The notes: generated by a model from the letters alone, not told the origin. Counted from the first letter of the stretch, positions 19,920 to 31,949 are shown. The stretch is DNA of 64,000 nt from Candidatus Nomurabacteria bacterium RIFCSPHIGHO2_01_FULL_37_25 (GCA_001786765.1 MFTH01000010.1:34105-98104), one strand, 5' to 3'. Numbers and translations are program-made.

Positions 19920-19969
19920 CCCGCCCGGGTGGGAGAGAACCTTCTCCCAACGGAGCGGGTTTTCTTTTT
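19920..19969 (+). terminator. Intrinsic terminator-like hairpin
   Basis: CCCGC...GGGAGA/TCTCCC...GCGGG then T-run. Confidence 0.6.
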
Positions 19970-20000
19970 GTACTACGAAACATAAATTGAGATAACTTCT

Positions 20001-20028
20001 TAAGATTTCCGCATATGCAGAAATCTCA
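20001..20028. repeat. TAAGATTTCCGCATATGC palindrome, solo copy containing the rsmI stop
   Basis: Matches 46537-46570 and 52080-52108. Confidence 0.8.
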
Positions 20029-20817
20029 CGAAACAATCACCGTAAACTCCCCTTTTTGTTTAACAGGGTTTTGAATTAAGTAATCTAAAATTTCTTTCGG
20101 CGTACCGGTTTTCAATTCTTCATAAATTTTTGTCAGTTCACGGGCGATACAGACTTTTTTATTGGGGCAAAATTTAGTGAGTGATTCTAAAGTTTTTAAA
20201 ATTCGATGTGGAGATTCGTAAAATACCATTGTTCTTTTTGATTCGGCAATTTCCTTAAATAAAGTTTCTCTGCCTTTTTTATGCGGTAAAAATCCTAAAA
20301 AAGTAAATTCGTGTGTCGGCAATCCAGAAGCAGAAAGCGCAGTGATAACAGCACTTGGTCCTGGTATAGGAATCACATCTACGACTATGTTAACATTCTC
20401 TGCGATAGCAGAGTTTGTTAAAAAGTTAAATTTTTCTCTAAACCCTTTAGAAGAAGGGTGAAGCGATTCAGCTTTGTTGAATTTAGCTTTTATCTCTGAG
20501 ACAAGCATAGCGCCAGGGTCTGATATCGTGGGAGTGCCAGCGTCAGAAACCAATGCCAAATTTTTCCCCCCTTCCAATAACTCAAAAATCTTTGCTAATT
20601 TACTGTTTTGTCTAGAGTTTTTCCCGGCAACATCGTCAGACGGATAGCTCATCGTTGGCGTATTAATATTGTATTTTTCTAAAATTTTTTTCGTCTGTCG
20701 CGTATCCTCACACAATATCAGATCAACACTTTTTAGTGTTTCAATCGCTCGGAGTGTGATATCCTGCAAATTCCCTATCGGCGTGGCAATAACATAAAAT
20801 TTAGACATTTTGATCAA
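20026..20817 (-). CDS. rsmI: 16S rRNA C1402 2'-O-methyltransferase with in-frame insertion
   Basis: ATPIGNLQDIT, CEDTR, SDAGTP.ISDPG, YESPHR, RELTKIYEE. Confidence 0.95.
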   Translation of the reverse strand: MIKMSKFYVIATPIGNLQDITLRAIETLKSVDLILCEDTRQTKKILEKYNINTPTMSYPSDDVAGKNSRQNSKLAKIFELLEGGKNLALVSDAGTPTISDPGAMLVSEIKAKFNKAESLHPSSKGFREKFNFLTNSAIAENVNIVVDVIPIPGPSAVITALSASGLPTHEFTFLGFLPHKKGRETLFKEIAESKRTMVFYESPHRILKTLESLTKFCPNKKVCIARELTKIYEELKTGTPKEILDYLIQNPVKQKGEFTVIVS

Positions 20818-21071
20818 TTATACACATCATGGTCTCCTATAGCCAACAAAACTATTTCTTTTTTAGATTCATATTCAAATACAATACGTATTTTATAATT
20901 TACAGAAAAACTCCATTTATCTTTCATCGGTCCATGAAGTTTGTGAATTTTTAATACTGTCTGATCAGTAGAATTTTTAAAAATATCAATCTTAGATAAT
21001 ACTTCATCAAAAAGACTTTGCTCTAATTTATTAATTTGCTTAATAAACGAAGGCTTGAAAGATACTTGCAT
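20814..21071 (-). CDS. RelE/ParE-family toxin
   Basis: LKIHKLHG...WSFSVNYKIRIVF...IGDHDVY. Confidence 0.85.
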   Translation of the reverse strand: MQVSFKPSFIKQINKLEQSLFDEVLSKIDIFKNSTDQTVLKIHKLHGPMKDKWSFSVNYKIRIVFEYESKKEIVLLAIGDHDVYN

Positions 21072-21078
21072 AACATTA

Positions 21079-21288
21079 TTATTTAAATTTTTTCACTAAA
21101 TCCTTTAAATCCCCACGAAGAGTTGACTCTCGTTCAGCGCGAAGAACAGCGGCGACTGCTTCTTCTTCTGTAAGACGCTCTAAAGCTTTGCGCATAACTG
21201 CGGCTCTATTATTCGCGACACCAGACTTTACTAAATAATCCAAAGATAATTCTAATTTTGAATTCAAAGGCACAGATATTGTTGACAT
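21079..21288 (-). CDS. Putative ribbon-helix-helix antitoxin
   Basis: 69 aa directly upstream of toxin; N-terminal beta-strand, NRAAVMRKAL. Confidence 0.7.
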   Translation of the reverse strand: MSTISVPLNSKLELSLDYLVKSGVANNRAAVMRKALERLTEEEAVAAVLRAERESTLRGDLKDLVKKFK

Positions 21289-21379
21289 ATGATTATATAA
21301 TATTAACTTATAATACTATTATATAGTATAGTTTGATTATGAAATAGTCAAGTTAATCAGTACACTTTCATTCATATCT

Positions 21380-21871
21380 TTATCTCCTATATTTTCTAGC
21401 GCGCCATTTATCAGCGATTTTTACACGAGTAAGTGATCGCTCGAGTTCCGCTTCAAAATGTTCAAAATCTACATGTTCTTTATTCTGCATAGCCACCTTC
21501 ATCTCTTCTGCTCGAGTTTTTGCTTTTTCTATTTTCTCGTCTGAAATTTCAAATACATGTTCTGCAAAATCAGCCAAAATAGCCACTTCTGTCACATAAT
21601 CTAAACTTTTCCCCGACGCTTCTGGTCGGGGTTCCGACCCTTCTAGGCATCGGGATTTTATTTCCACAAAACCACCAGAAACTGCCATTGGTATATTCTC
21701 GCCTTTTGAGATTCCCACCACATCTCCCGAAGCAAGACCCACAATAAGAGGTATGTGCCCCGGCAAAACAGAGATTTCACCCTCCGTAGTGGGTATAACA
21801 ACTTCATCCACCATCTCTTCTAACACAAGACGTTCTGGGGTAACTATTTTTAATTTTAATTGTTTTGCCAT
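21380..21871 (-). CDS. atpC: ATP synthase epsilon with in-frame insertion
   Basis: LKIVTPE, GEISVLPGH, VSGGFVE; start placed at MAKQ. Confidence 0.93.
   Translation of the reverse strand: MAKQLKLKIVTPERLVLEEMVDEVVIPTTEGEISVLPGHIPLIVGLASGDVVGISKGENIPMAVSGGFVEIKSRCLEGSEPRPEASGKSLDYVTEVAILADFAEHVFEISDEKIEKAKTRAEEMKVAMQNKEHVDFEHFEAELERSLTRVKIADKWRARKYRR
21610..21655. repeat. CCGAC/GTCGG double hairpin in frame in atpC
   Basis: Homologous to 47573-47617 and 36083-36123. Confidence 0.8.
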
Positions 21872-21877
21872 ATGTTT

Positions 21878-21993
21878 TTTGAAAATAAAATAGTTCTTTA
21901 GAAAAGCCTTGCGCAGGCTGTCGAGCCGAGCAGTTCGCTGGCGTAGCAACGCCAGATAGATTGCTTTTATAAAGAATCTATTTTATTTTCAAA
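21878..21993. mobile_element. Foldback element with GGCTGTCGAGCCGAG core between atpD and atpC
   Basis: AT-rich TIR TTTGAAAATAAAATAG/CTATTTTATTTTCAAA; core shared with the 137-bp family. Confidence 0.75.
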
Positions 21994-21997
21994 GAAA

Positions 21998-23377
<1,380 letters not shown>

Positions 23378-23401
23378 TTATAATAAATTATTGTGTTCAT
23401 A

Positions 23402-24298
23402 TCAGCTAACTGATGCCATTCCAGCGCTAATTTCTGATATTTCCCGCGTAATATTCGACTGACGGGCTTTGTTAAACACTAAAGTTAAATCATCTATCAT
23501 TTCTCCACTTGCCTCTGATGCGTTTTTCATAGCTATCATTCTACTAGACTGTTCGGAAGCGTTTGATTCAAGAAACATTTGGTATATCTGCATTCTGGTT
23601 AATTTCTCCGCTAAACTTTCGATTAATTTTTCTTTATCTCCCTCAAATAAATAATCAATCTTAGTATTTTTTGCGAGATCTTCTTCTTTGTCCAAGGATT
23701 CAATTAGGTTTTTTAAATCTGTTTTATGAACGGGCAATATTTGTTTCAAATTTGGTTTTTGGGTCAAAGCAGAAATAAAATCCGTATAAGCAACTAAAAC
23801 TTTGTCATAATTTTCTTTTTTGTATTCATCAATCACCATTTTCGAAACAGGTAGAATACTAGAGAGAGTTATATCATCTGCCAAGTCAGTAAAACTCGCG
23901 ACAATGTTCCTGCCTAAACGACGCATGCCGACATCTCCCTTTTTCCCGATTGAAAGAATGTCTATATTAATATTTTTATTCTCTGACTTCAATAATAAAA
24001 TAGCTTTCTTGATGACTTGCGCATTATAGACTCCACACAAACCCCTGTTTGAGGTTATCAACACTAGTAAAACATTTTTTATTTTTCGTTCTGTAAAAAG
24101 CGGGTGAGCTAACTCTTCTAAATTTTTAGCAATAGAAGTTAAAATCTCCCAAGAATATTCGGCATATAGTCGGCTAGCCAAAGCGCTAGAAACTGCGCGC
24201 TTCATCTTTGAAGCCGCCACCAACTCCATCGCCTTGGTGATTTTTTTTGTATTTTTGATACTCTTTATTCTTCTTTTTATTTCCTTTGTGCCTGCCAT
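23402..24298 (-). CDS. atpG: ATP synthase gamma
   Basis: KITKAMELVAASK, RGLCG, RMIAMKNA, NKARQSNITREI. Confidence 0.98.
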   Translation of the reverse strand: MAGTKEIKRRIKSIKNTKKITKAMELVAASKMKRAVSSALASRLYAEYSWEILTSIAKNLEELAHPLFTERKIKNVLLVLITSNRGLCGVYNAQVIKKAILLLKSENKNINIDILSIGKKGDVGMRRLGRNIVASFTDLADDITLSSILPVSKMVIDEYKKENYDKVLVAYTDFISALTQKPNLKQILPVHKTDLKNLIESLDKEEDLAKNTKIDYLFEGDKEKLIESLAEKLTRMQIYQMFLESNASEQSSRMIAMKNASEASGEMIDDLTLVFNKARQSNITREISEISAGMASVS

Positions 24299-24302
24299 AA
24301 AA

Positions 24303-25823
24303 TTATATAAAAGATTTTTTGAAATCTGCTATCACTTTTTTTAACTCTTCTTCTCCTTTTTCACTCCACATTTTCTGTTCTTTTATTTCTTTATAAAAGT
24401 TCTTGGCATTAGCTTCGCTATAATCTATCAATCCAGCCTCAAAAGTTTTAATTTTTTCTACTGGAACATCATCCATAAAACCTTTAGTCAAAGCATAAAA
24501 CACCACAATCTGATGCTCCATTTTCATTGGAGAATATTGAGATTGTTTTAATATTTCTATTGATCTTTTTCCCCTTTCGAGTTGGCGTTTTGTAGATTCA
24601 TCTAAATCAGAACCGAATTGCGCAAAAGCTTCAAGCTCTCGATACTGCGCAAGGTCTAGTTTCAAAGTTCCAGCCACTTTTTTCATAGCTTTTATTTGCG
24701 CATTTGAGCCGACACGAGACACAGAACTTCCGACATTGACCGCCGGACGAATACCTTTATAAAATAAATCAGTTTCTAAGAAAATCTGTCCATCAGTGAT
24801 AGAAATCACATTTGTCGGAATATAAGCTGTAATGTCTCCCGCTTGGGTTTCAATAATTGGAAATGCGGTGATTGACCCTCCGCCATATTTTTCATTTCTT
24901 CGACAAGCGCGTTCAAGCAAACGAGAATGTAAATAAAAAACATCTCCCGGATAAGCTTCACGCCCCGGCGGACGACGAAGAAGCAGAGAAATTTCACGAT
25001 AAGCTACCGCATGTTTTGAAAGGTCATCATAAATAATTAACACATCTTTGCCTTGATCCATAAAATATTCCGCAATTGAAACTCCGGTATACGGAGCAAT
25101 ATAAGAAAAAGCGGCTGATTCAGAAGCGCCAGCTGACACGATGACCGTATAGGCCATCGCTCCGCCTTCTTCTAAACGGACTTGGAGTTTTCTAAGTTTA
25201 GAATCTTTTTGACCGATTGAAACATAAACACAAATCATATTTTGACCTTTTTGATTTAAAATCGCATCGATTACAAGCGCAGTTTTCCCAGTCTGACGAT
25301 CGCCAATGATAAGTTCACGCTGACCACGACCGACGGGAATAATAGCGTCAATGGCTTTAATCCCAGTCGCGACAGGCTCACTCACGCTTTGTCTGGTTAT
25401 AACCCCGGGCGCAACTTTTTCAATCGGATAAGCCGAAGGTCCTGAGTTTTTCGAAGGATTATCTGCTTTTATAATTCCCTTGCCATCAATCGGGGTACCG
25501 ATAGCGTTCACCACTCTACCTATGATAGAATCAGAAACCGGAACTTCAAGAATTCTGCCAGTTGCTTTGACTTGATCGCCTTCTTTTATTTTTGAATAAT
25601 CTCCTAATATGATAACTCCCACGGAGTCTTCTTCAAGATTCAACACCACACCCACTTCAGCATTCGGAAAAGTAACCATTTCAGAAGATTTAACATCAGA
25701 AAGACCAGAAATTTTGGCAATACCGTCAAAAACCTCAATCACATTGCCGACTTTTTCTACTTTGAGAATAGATTTGAAGTTTTCAATTTCCTTTTTTAAG
25801 TTTTCTACAATGTGATTATTCAT
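24303..25823 (-). CDS. atpA: ATP synthase alpha
   Basis: [31 protein letters not shown]. Confidence 0.99.
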   Translation of the reverse strand: MNNHIVENLKKEIENFKSILKVEKVGNVIEVFDGIAKISGLSDVKSSEMVTFPNAEVGVVLNLEEDSVGVIILGDYSKIKEGDQVKATGRILEVPVSDSIIGRVVNAIGTPIDGKGIIKADNPSKNSGPSAYPIEKVAPGVITRQSVSEPVATGIKAIDAIIPVGRGQRELIIGDRQTGKTALVIDAILNQKGQNMICVYVSIGQKDSKLRKLQVRLEEGGAMAYTVIVSAGASESAAFSYIAPYTGVSIAEYFMDQGKDVLIIYDDLSKHAVAYREISLLLRRPPGREAYPGDVFYLHSRLLERACRRNEKYGGGSITAFPIIETQAGDITAYIPTNVISITDGQIFLETDLFYKGIRPAVNVGSSVSRVGSNAQIKAMKKVAGTLKLDLAQYRELEAFAQFGSDLDESTKRQLERGKRSIEILKQSQYSPMKMEHQIVVFYALTKGFMDDVPVEKIKTFEAGLIDYSEANAKNFYKEIKEQKMWSEKGEEELKKVIADFKKSFI

Positions 25824-26229
25824 ATTCAGTTTTTAAATGTTCTTGTAATTTATAAATTTTATTTTTAAGAGTCAAGTCGATTAATTCATTGTTCACTTCC
25901 ATATTGAATCCTCCTAATAATTTATCGTCGAGGTATTCTAAAAAAATAAATTCTTTGTCTCCGTAACGCTTTTTTAATATTTTTTCCAAATGGTCTTTAT
26001 GGTCATGACTTAATTTATATTTGCTCCAAATTTTTACTTCCACAACACCATTTGCATGATTGACTATATTATTCAAACTCTGAAGTATGTTTTTACTTTT
26101 AGACAACATCCTGCGACGAAATAAAAAATTCACAACATTTTTTATAACGGTGTGTTGTTCTGTGGTATGTTTATCCTTCACCGCCAAATATATGGCGCGA
26201 GCTATGTTATTGTTTGAAACAGTAGCCAT
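25816..26229 (-). CDS. atpH: ATP synthase delta (short)
   Basis: Operon position; D..LLGG....IDLTLK. Confidence 0.85.
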   Translation of the reverse strand: MATVSNNNIARAIYLAVKDKHTTEQHTVIKNVVNFLFRRRMLSKSKNILQSLNNIVNHANGVVEVKIWSKYKLSHDHKDHLEKILKKRYGDKEFIFLEYLDDKLLGGFNMEVNNELIDLTLKNKIYKLQEHLKTEYE

Positions 26230-26231
26230 AA

Positions 26232-26723
26232 TTATAAATCTTTTAATTCTTGCAATACTTTTTCATCGAAATTCTTGTCGTTTTTGGCGCCCAGTAATTT
26301 TTCCGTAGCCAACATAACCAAAGACACAATTTCATTTTTAGCTCCTTCGACTAATGCTTTTTTGTCAATTTCCATTTGCTCAATTCTCTTTTTTGTCCAC
26401 TGCTCATTATCCATTTTTATTCTATCCAGATTTTTTGCTCTCAATTGTTCTAAATCTTTTTGAAGTTCTTTTTGGGCGTCTATGCTTATTTGTCTTAATT
26501 TTATTGTATTCTTGTCATATTCTAGAGTAGCTTTTTGCAACAACTCGTTAGATTTTTTTGCATCGCTAAGACCCATTTCTATCTTTTCTCCCCGCTCTTT
26601 CATAAGTTTACCAAGAGGCTTGAGCGCGTAAAAATACAAAACAACAAAAACAACTCCGAAATTAATCGCCTGAGTTATAATTATTTTCCAATCTATGTGA
26701 AATGTGGAAATAATTGATTCCAT
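26232..26723 (-). CDS. atpF: ATP synthase subunit b
   Basis: QAINF..., KPL...ER, coiled coil. Confidence 0.9.
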   Translation of the reverse strand: MESIISTFHIDWKIIITQAINFGVVFVVLYFYALKPLGKLMKERGEKIEMGLSDAKKSNELLQKATLEYDKNTIKLRQISIDAQKELQKDLEQLRAKNLDRIKMDNEQWTKKRIEQMEIDKKALVEGAKNEIVSLVMLATEKLLGAKNDKNFDEKVLQELKDL

Positions 26724-26733
26724 TTCACTTTTA

Positions 26734-26973
<240 letters not shown>

Positions 26974-27046
26974 TTAAATAATAATATTTTTTTCCAACAA
27001 AGACGAGCAAACGCCTTTGGAGGAAACTTCGACTAATAATTTATAA

Positions 27047-27892
27047 CTAAACTGAAACTAATTGTTTTTCGTGATGTTCGGCATCATGCTCATCATGGTC
27101 TGTAGCTGAAATCGTAAAATAAACAACTAGCAACATTGAGAATATGAGCGCTTGAATCACTCCCACAAGTATTTCCAAAAAAAGAAAAGGTATCGGAATG
27201 ACATATGCCACGAGGGCTGCCATAGATGCCAATAAAACTTCCCCGGCAAATACATTGCCAAAAAGACGAAAAGAGAGTGAAGCGATTTTGGCAAATTCAC
27301 CGATAATCTCTAACAAGCCAACAAAGAACGTGACTGGAGCTGTAACAATCACCATTTTATCTCTTTTTATTTTGGTAAATATTTCTCCAAGCACCTTTAG
27401 ATTAACATATTTGTTAAAAGTTTTCCAGATGCCAATCGAAAAAATGCCAAAGAGGTTCGCTCCCACCACCGCCATCACCGCAAGCGCGATTGTTGTGTTC
27501 ATGTCCGCTGTGCCTCCGCGAAGAAATGGAATAAAAGAAAGTCCGTGTTCCCCTTCTTCTATAAGTCCAAAACCGCCAAGTGGAAGTATCCCGAGCCAAT
27601 TATTAATAAGAATAAAAAAGAAAACCGAAATAGCAATGGGGAAAATTTTCATAGAAAGCGCACGGCTATTTGTCACTTGGTCACACAGTGACAAAGCGCC
27701 ATCCACAATAATTTCAAAAATACTTTGTAATTTGTTGGGAATTTCTTTTAGTTGAATTCGTAAGACAAATGCTAAAATTATAATAATCCCCACAACTATC
27801 CAAGAAGAAAAGAGCGCGTTAGTGACAGTAAAATTTCCAAAGTGAAATATCGGTTCCGCAAATAATGTAATTTCGTGAGATATTTTTTCCAT
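27047..27892 (-). CDS. atpB: ATP synthase subunit a
   Basis: SLSFRLFGNVFAGE, IQALIF. Confidence 0.97.
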   Translation of the reverse strand: MEKISHEITLFAEPIFHFGNFTVTNALFSSWIVVGIIIILAFVLRIQLKEIPNKLQSIFEIIVDGALSLCDQVTNSRALSMKIFPIAISVFFFILINNWLGILPLGGFGLIEEGEHGLSFIPFLRGGTADMNTTIALAVMAVVGANLFGIFSIGIWKTFNKYVNLKVLGEIFTKIKRDKMVIVTAPVTFFVGLLEIIGEFAKIASLSFRLFGNVFAGEVLLASMAALVAYVIPIPFLFLEILVGVIQALIFSMLLVVYFTISATDHDEHDAEHHEKQLVSV

Positions 27893-27895
27893 AAA

Positions 27896-28144
27896 TTATT
27901 TTTCCTTATTTAAATCTTTTAATTCTTTAACATATTTTCGGATAACTCGCACAATGCCAAAACATGAAAACAAAAAACCAAACAGAGCCAGAACGAGGAA
28001 TATGACCGGCTTCGTCCCGTAATGTTTGTCTAACATCTTACCAAATATTAGAGCTAAAACAATAGGAAATGCGATCCATGTAGAAACTTGAGTAAATAAA
28101 AAAACAGCTGGTTGCCAATATCTTTTATTTTTATTTTCTTCCAT
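27896..28144 (-). CDS. AtpZ/AtpI-family membrane protein
   Basis: Two TM helices, G..LD...GT.P; first in atp operon. Confidence 0.8.
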   Translation of the reverse strand: MEENKNKRYWQPAVFLFTQVSTWIAFPIVLALIFGKMLDKHYGTKPVIFLVLALFGFLFSCFGIVRVIRKYVKELKDLNKEK

Positions 28145-28149
28145 GTGAA

Positions 28150-28365
28150 CTAATTATACACTTTGCACAAACTTTTTTCGAGGGGAATTGGTCTAGTTTT
28201 TAAGTAGTGAAAATAATCCTTATCACTCTTGAAAGTATTTTCGCCGTGTATTATGAATAGTTGTGTTTTCTTTTTCATAAATCTAATATATCTATCTTGG
28301 AACGGCTTAACTTCTAATTTTTTCTTTCCATCTTTCATTATATTCTGCTCGTGTTTCTGATTCAT
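28150..28365 (-). CDS. Hypothetical protein
   Basis: 71-aa ORF filling the gap between co-oriented genes. Confidence 0.45.
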   Translation of the reverse strand: MNQKHEQNIMKDGKKKLEVKPFQDRYIRFMKKKTQLFIIHGENTFKSDKDYFHYLKTRPIPLEKSLCKVYN

Positions 28366-28370
28366 TCATA

Positions 28371-29336
28371 TTATTTCAGCATCTGTGTTATCAAAGAAAC
28401 CATCAAATCTTTTTTGTTGGGATTACTCTCAGCAATTAGAAGTGTGAGTGCTGTAAGCGCATTTGGATTTATTTTTCTTATGGTTTTTATTCTCGTCTTC
28501 TTTAGAAACCAAATAAAAGCAAAAGCGCCAGAGCGTTTGTTGCCATCTATAAACGGATGATTTTTTACCATAAAATACAGCAAATGCGCCGCCTTTTCTT
28601 CAATGGTTTTATAAACTGGATTTCCGTCAAATGCTTGCATTACATTACCAACTATCCCTTCAACGCTCCCCTTCTTTCTTTCTTGAGCAAAAATATCTGT
28701 CATGTCGCCAGTTTTCATTAATTCTTTGCGTAAATTCAAAATTCCATTCATCAATTCTTCACCATTCAACTTGATTGATTTTTTATTCACACCAATCGGG
28801 CTTAAAGTCTCTTTATCGTACGCATCAAGCGATACCCAAGTACTAGAAAATTCTTTAATTAATTCAATCACTGCTTTTGGGTCAAGTGTAATATGCTCTG
28901 GTAATAACATTTGAATATCACCCACCGACTTCATAAAGGCATCATAATTATTCCCAATTTGTTTGCGATTTATTGTATAACCTTTAACAATATGTTCACG
29001 AATAATTTTCGTAGCCCATTTACGAAATTCCATTGCGCGTTTTGAATTAGTTCTGTAACCAACGGCTAGGATAATATCAAGAGAATAAACATTCACTGGT
29101 TTATCTGAATTTGTAATGTGCATTTTTTGCACATTGCTTTTTCCATCAATTTCCCGATCTTTGAGAATGTTCTTTATATGTTTTGTAACAACGGAACGAT
29201 CGGTTTGAAAAGCTTTAGCAATTTGAGCTTGTGTGGCCCAAATTGTCTCTTTCTTAAAATCCCCCCGAAGTTCTATAGCTCCGTTTTTTGCTTGATAAAT
29301 TACAATATTATTTTGTATAATTTTCTTCTTCATCAC
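28371..29336 (-). CDS. RhuM-like DNA-binding / Fic-Doc fusion
   Basis: ETIWATQ, YSLDIILAVGYR, FRKWAT; HPFIDGNKR. Confidence 0.88.
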   Translation of the reverse strand: MMKKKIIQNNIVIYQAKNGAIELRGDFKKETIWATQAQIAKAFQTDRSVVTKHIKNILKDREIDGKSNVQKMHITNSDKPVNVYSLDIILAVGYRTNSKRAMEFRKWATKIIREHIVKGYTINRKQIGNNYDAFMKSVGDIQMLLPEHITLDPKAVIELIKEFSSTWVSLDAYDKETLSPIGVNKKSIKLNGEELMNGILNLRKELMKTGDMTDIFAQERKKGSVEGIVGNVMQAFDGNPVYKTIEEKAAHLLYFMVKNHPFIDGNKRSGAFAFIWFLKKTRIKTIRKINPNALTALTLLIAESNPNKKDLMVSLITQMLK

Positions 29337-29549
29337 ATAATTTTTACCACATTAAATCATTACTGTAAATGCTTCATCTGGTGCATTCAACCACTATAAA
29401 ATCAAGAATTATGTGTGTAAAATCCATAGTTTTGTTGGGTGATGTTATCTTAACCTTTACGCGAAATTATTTCAAATAAGGTGAAGTGTTTTCTTCAGGG
29501 ATTGGTTTTTGGGCTGTATTTTGGTCATTGGGTATATTTTATATATTAT

Positions 29550-30398
29550 CTATTCACAAAACACCACTTCTTCTACGGGAATTTCTAATTGCTCCGCAAA
29601 CCAAGCTCTTGCCGTTTCCTGATCACCCAATGCATCAACCAATTTATTTTCAAGCGCAAGTGCGCCGGGCATTGAAGAACCATCAGCAAGTTTCGCAACT
29701 TGCTCAACTGGTAAATTTCTATTTTCCGCGACTTCTTTTATAAATTGCTCGTGATAGATTTTTAAATCGCGTTCAATCAAATCTCGCTCCGCAGGTGTAA
29801 GTGGCTTATCAGGATTTCCATAATCTTTAAATTTTGCGGATGCAAGCGAAACATATTGCAACCCTTCTTTAGTATTTTTGGCAGTATTTTCTAAATAAGA
29901 CAGGGTGATGCCGATACTTCCCACATCAGAAAGAGGAGAAGCGATTATTTTTTCAGCGCCTGTGGCTAAGAGATACGCGCCCGAAGTTCCCATTTCCCGT
30001 ATAAGAGCTACAACTGGTAATGAAGAATTTTTGAATCCATTTGCAATAATTTCTGAAGCAACTGGCGAACCACCACTAGAATCAATGCGAGCTAAAACAC
30101 CTAGGACATTCGGATCACTTTCAGCCCATCGAAGTGTATCCAGTGTATCGTCAGGATTCGTTGAAGGGGGCATTTCGTTTCCACTTCCGTCCTCATAAAC
30201 TCCAGCATAAGGGACAATATCTCCAGTTATTGGAATTACAGCAATGTTGCAAGAACCATCACTTATCATTGTGCTTGCGTTATATCCACTCCATTCGTCA
30301 TGCCATGAACCAAATATTCGAAGTCCAACAGCAAATACGACAATTATCGCTAAAGCCCATAGCGTAATTATTTTTAGTTGTGGCTTAATTGTTTCCAT
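29550..30398 (-). CDS. sppA: S49 signal peptide peptidase (SppA-like)
   Basis: IDSSGGS, GTSGAY, VGSIGI, LVDALG. Confidence 0.85.
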   Translation of the reverse strand: METIKPQLKIITLWALAIIVVFAVGLRIFGSWHDEWSGYNASTMISDGSCNIAVIPITGDIVPYAGVYEDGSGNEMPPSTNPDDTLDTLRWAESDPNVLGVLARIDSSGGSPVASEIIANGFKNSSLPVVALIREMGTSGAYLLATGAEKIIASPLSDVGSIGITLSYLENTAKNTKEGLQYVSLASAKFKDYGNPDKPLTPAERDLIERDLKIYHEQFIKEVAENRNLPVEQVAKLADGSSMPGALALENKLVDALGDQETARAWFAEQLEIPVEEVVFCE

Positions 30399-30641
30399 AA
30401 GGTTAATTTTAGCATTTTTAATGCTTACATAAAAGTTTGATTTAAAAAAGATACAATTTCTCTATATCATTATTTTTTCTTTCTGATATACTTTAGAAGT
30501 ACTTTTATGCTTTCTAAAACATCATTAATTTCTAAATTTTCAAAATTATTACTCACCATAGAATTTTTAGTGGCAATTTGCTTGACATTGCACCTGTGGG
30601 AAACTTTGACTTTTGAATTAAATTTTGTTAGTATTTAGGTA

Positions 30642-30705
30642 AGCAAGTAATTCCCCGAACGTGAGGCTCCGTATGGTTCCTCTATATAGCGTTCGGGGAT
30701 TTGCT
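30642..30705 (-). ncRNA. Candidate structured RNA just downstream of the DUF3800 gene
   Basis: TCCCCGAACG/CGTTCGGGGA stem enclosing a further GAGG/CCTC pairing. Confidence 0.5.
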
Positions 30706-31356
30706 TTATCCAAAAAGTGGATTTTCCTCAACAATATCAGATTTAATAATATTGTAATAACTCTCATCTCCATGTTCATATTTCCTAAATATCGCCCACG
30801 ACAACATATCAACAACCTGTAAGGCCTTTTCTTGTGTTGTAGATTTTATTTCAATATCTATATCAATTTTGTGATTATTTTTTGTCTGACTTTTTAGGTA
30901 AGTAGTGAAATTTTGATTCAAAAACTTGTTTGTCTCTCGTCGTGAAGCAATCAGAGAAATTTTCTCGTCAGTGGGAATAAGTTTTTTAGTATAAACACGA
31001 TCTAAAAGAATATTTGTGACATAATTATATAAAACCTGTTTCTCATCTTGTAGTTTTGTATATACTTTTTTCTTATTCAAATATATAACTAGAACATTTG
31101 ACATGTTTTTCTCTCTAAATAAATTCAGCAATTTTTGTCTTGTCTTTGGAGTTTCCTTGAAAGCATGCAAGACCCCGTTATGATTTTTGACTTCAGTTTT
31201 TGAAAAACCTTTAAAAATCTTTTTTACAATTCTTTCGATTAAAACCTTCTCTTTTACAAATAAAAAAGTGATAATAAAATATTTTGAAGTTTTTTTCTTC
31301 TTAAAATTAAAACCAAGATCCCCGCTTTCGTCTAGGAATATATACGCCATTGTCAA
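30706..31356 (-). CDS. DUF3800 family protein
   Basis: YIFLDESGDLG at N-terminus; LQVVD.LSWA near C-terminus. Confidence 0.85.
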   Translation of the reverse strand: MTMAYIFLDESGDLGFNFKKKKTSKYFIITFLFVKEKVLIERIVKKIFKGFSKTEVKNHNGVLHAFKETPKTRQKLLNLFREKNMSNVLVIYLNKKKVYTKLQDEKQVLYNYVTNILLDRVYTKKLIPTDEKISLIASRRETNKFLNQNFTTYLKSQTKNNHKIDIDIEIKSTTQEKALQVVDMLSWAIFRKYEHGDESYYNIIKSDIVEENPLFG

Positions 31357-31376
31357 ATATTTCTTGAAACTCTTTT

Positions 31377-31910
31377 TTAACTACCTATTTTTATTGATAA
31401 TATTTTTTCAAAAAAACTAATAATGGAATAAGTCATTAAACCAACAAAAAAATTTATAGATGGTAAGAGGTGGTAAAATAATATAGACTTAGGTTCAGAT
31501 ATATTTTCATTAAAAATTACAAATATCAACAACGATGAAAATAATATAAATATTGAATAAGAAAAATAGGCTAATTCTATGTCTTTCCCAGATTTTTCCT
31601 TAAAACCACTTGAAATAAAAATAAAATTACGAACAAGTAAACCAAGTAATCCTGTTGCTAAACTTAATACAAACCAGCCAATTAAGGTAAAATCAATAAT
31701 GAAATTCCAGGGACATAAAATAACTAATGCAAATAAAAATAAAGCGATAATTATACTAACTAACCATTTCGAAACTTTGTCACGCTCGGGCTTATAATCT
31801 TTTTTCTTATCCCAATTTTCGCACTGTTCTTTTATAAACTTCTTTATAGACTTTTCTTCGCCTTCAATTTCAATGATATTTTTGTTTTTATCTATCTTAA
31901 TTTTGGTCAT
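31377..31910 (-). CDS. Hypothetical multi-TM membrane protein
   Basis: Four hydrophobic segments; start probably MTKIK. Confidence 0.65.
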   Translation of the reverse strand: MTKIKIDKNKNIIEIEGEEKSIKKFIKEQCENWDKKKDYKPERDKVSKWLVSIIIALFLFALVILCPWNFIIDFTLIGWFVLSLATGLLGLLVRNFIFISSGFKEKSGKDIELAYFSYSIFILFSSLLIFVIFNENISEPKSILFYHLLPSINFFVGLMTYSIISFFEKILSIKIGS

Positions 31911-31949
31911 ATGTGTGCATAAATTTCTTTTAATATTTAACAAACAATT

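Noticed and set aside
21872-21949. N-terminal extension of AtpC in the ORF track
   Set aside because: Lies inside the foldback element; AtpC homology starts at MAKQ (21871).
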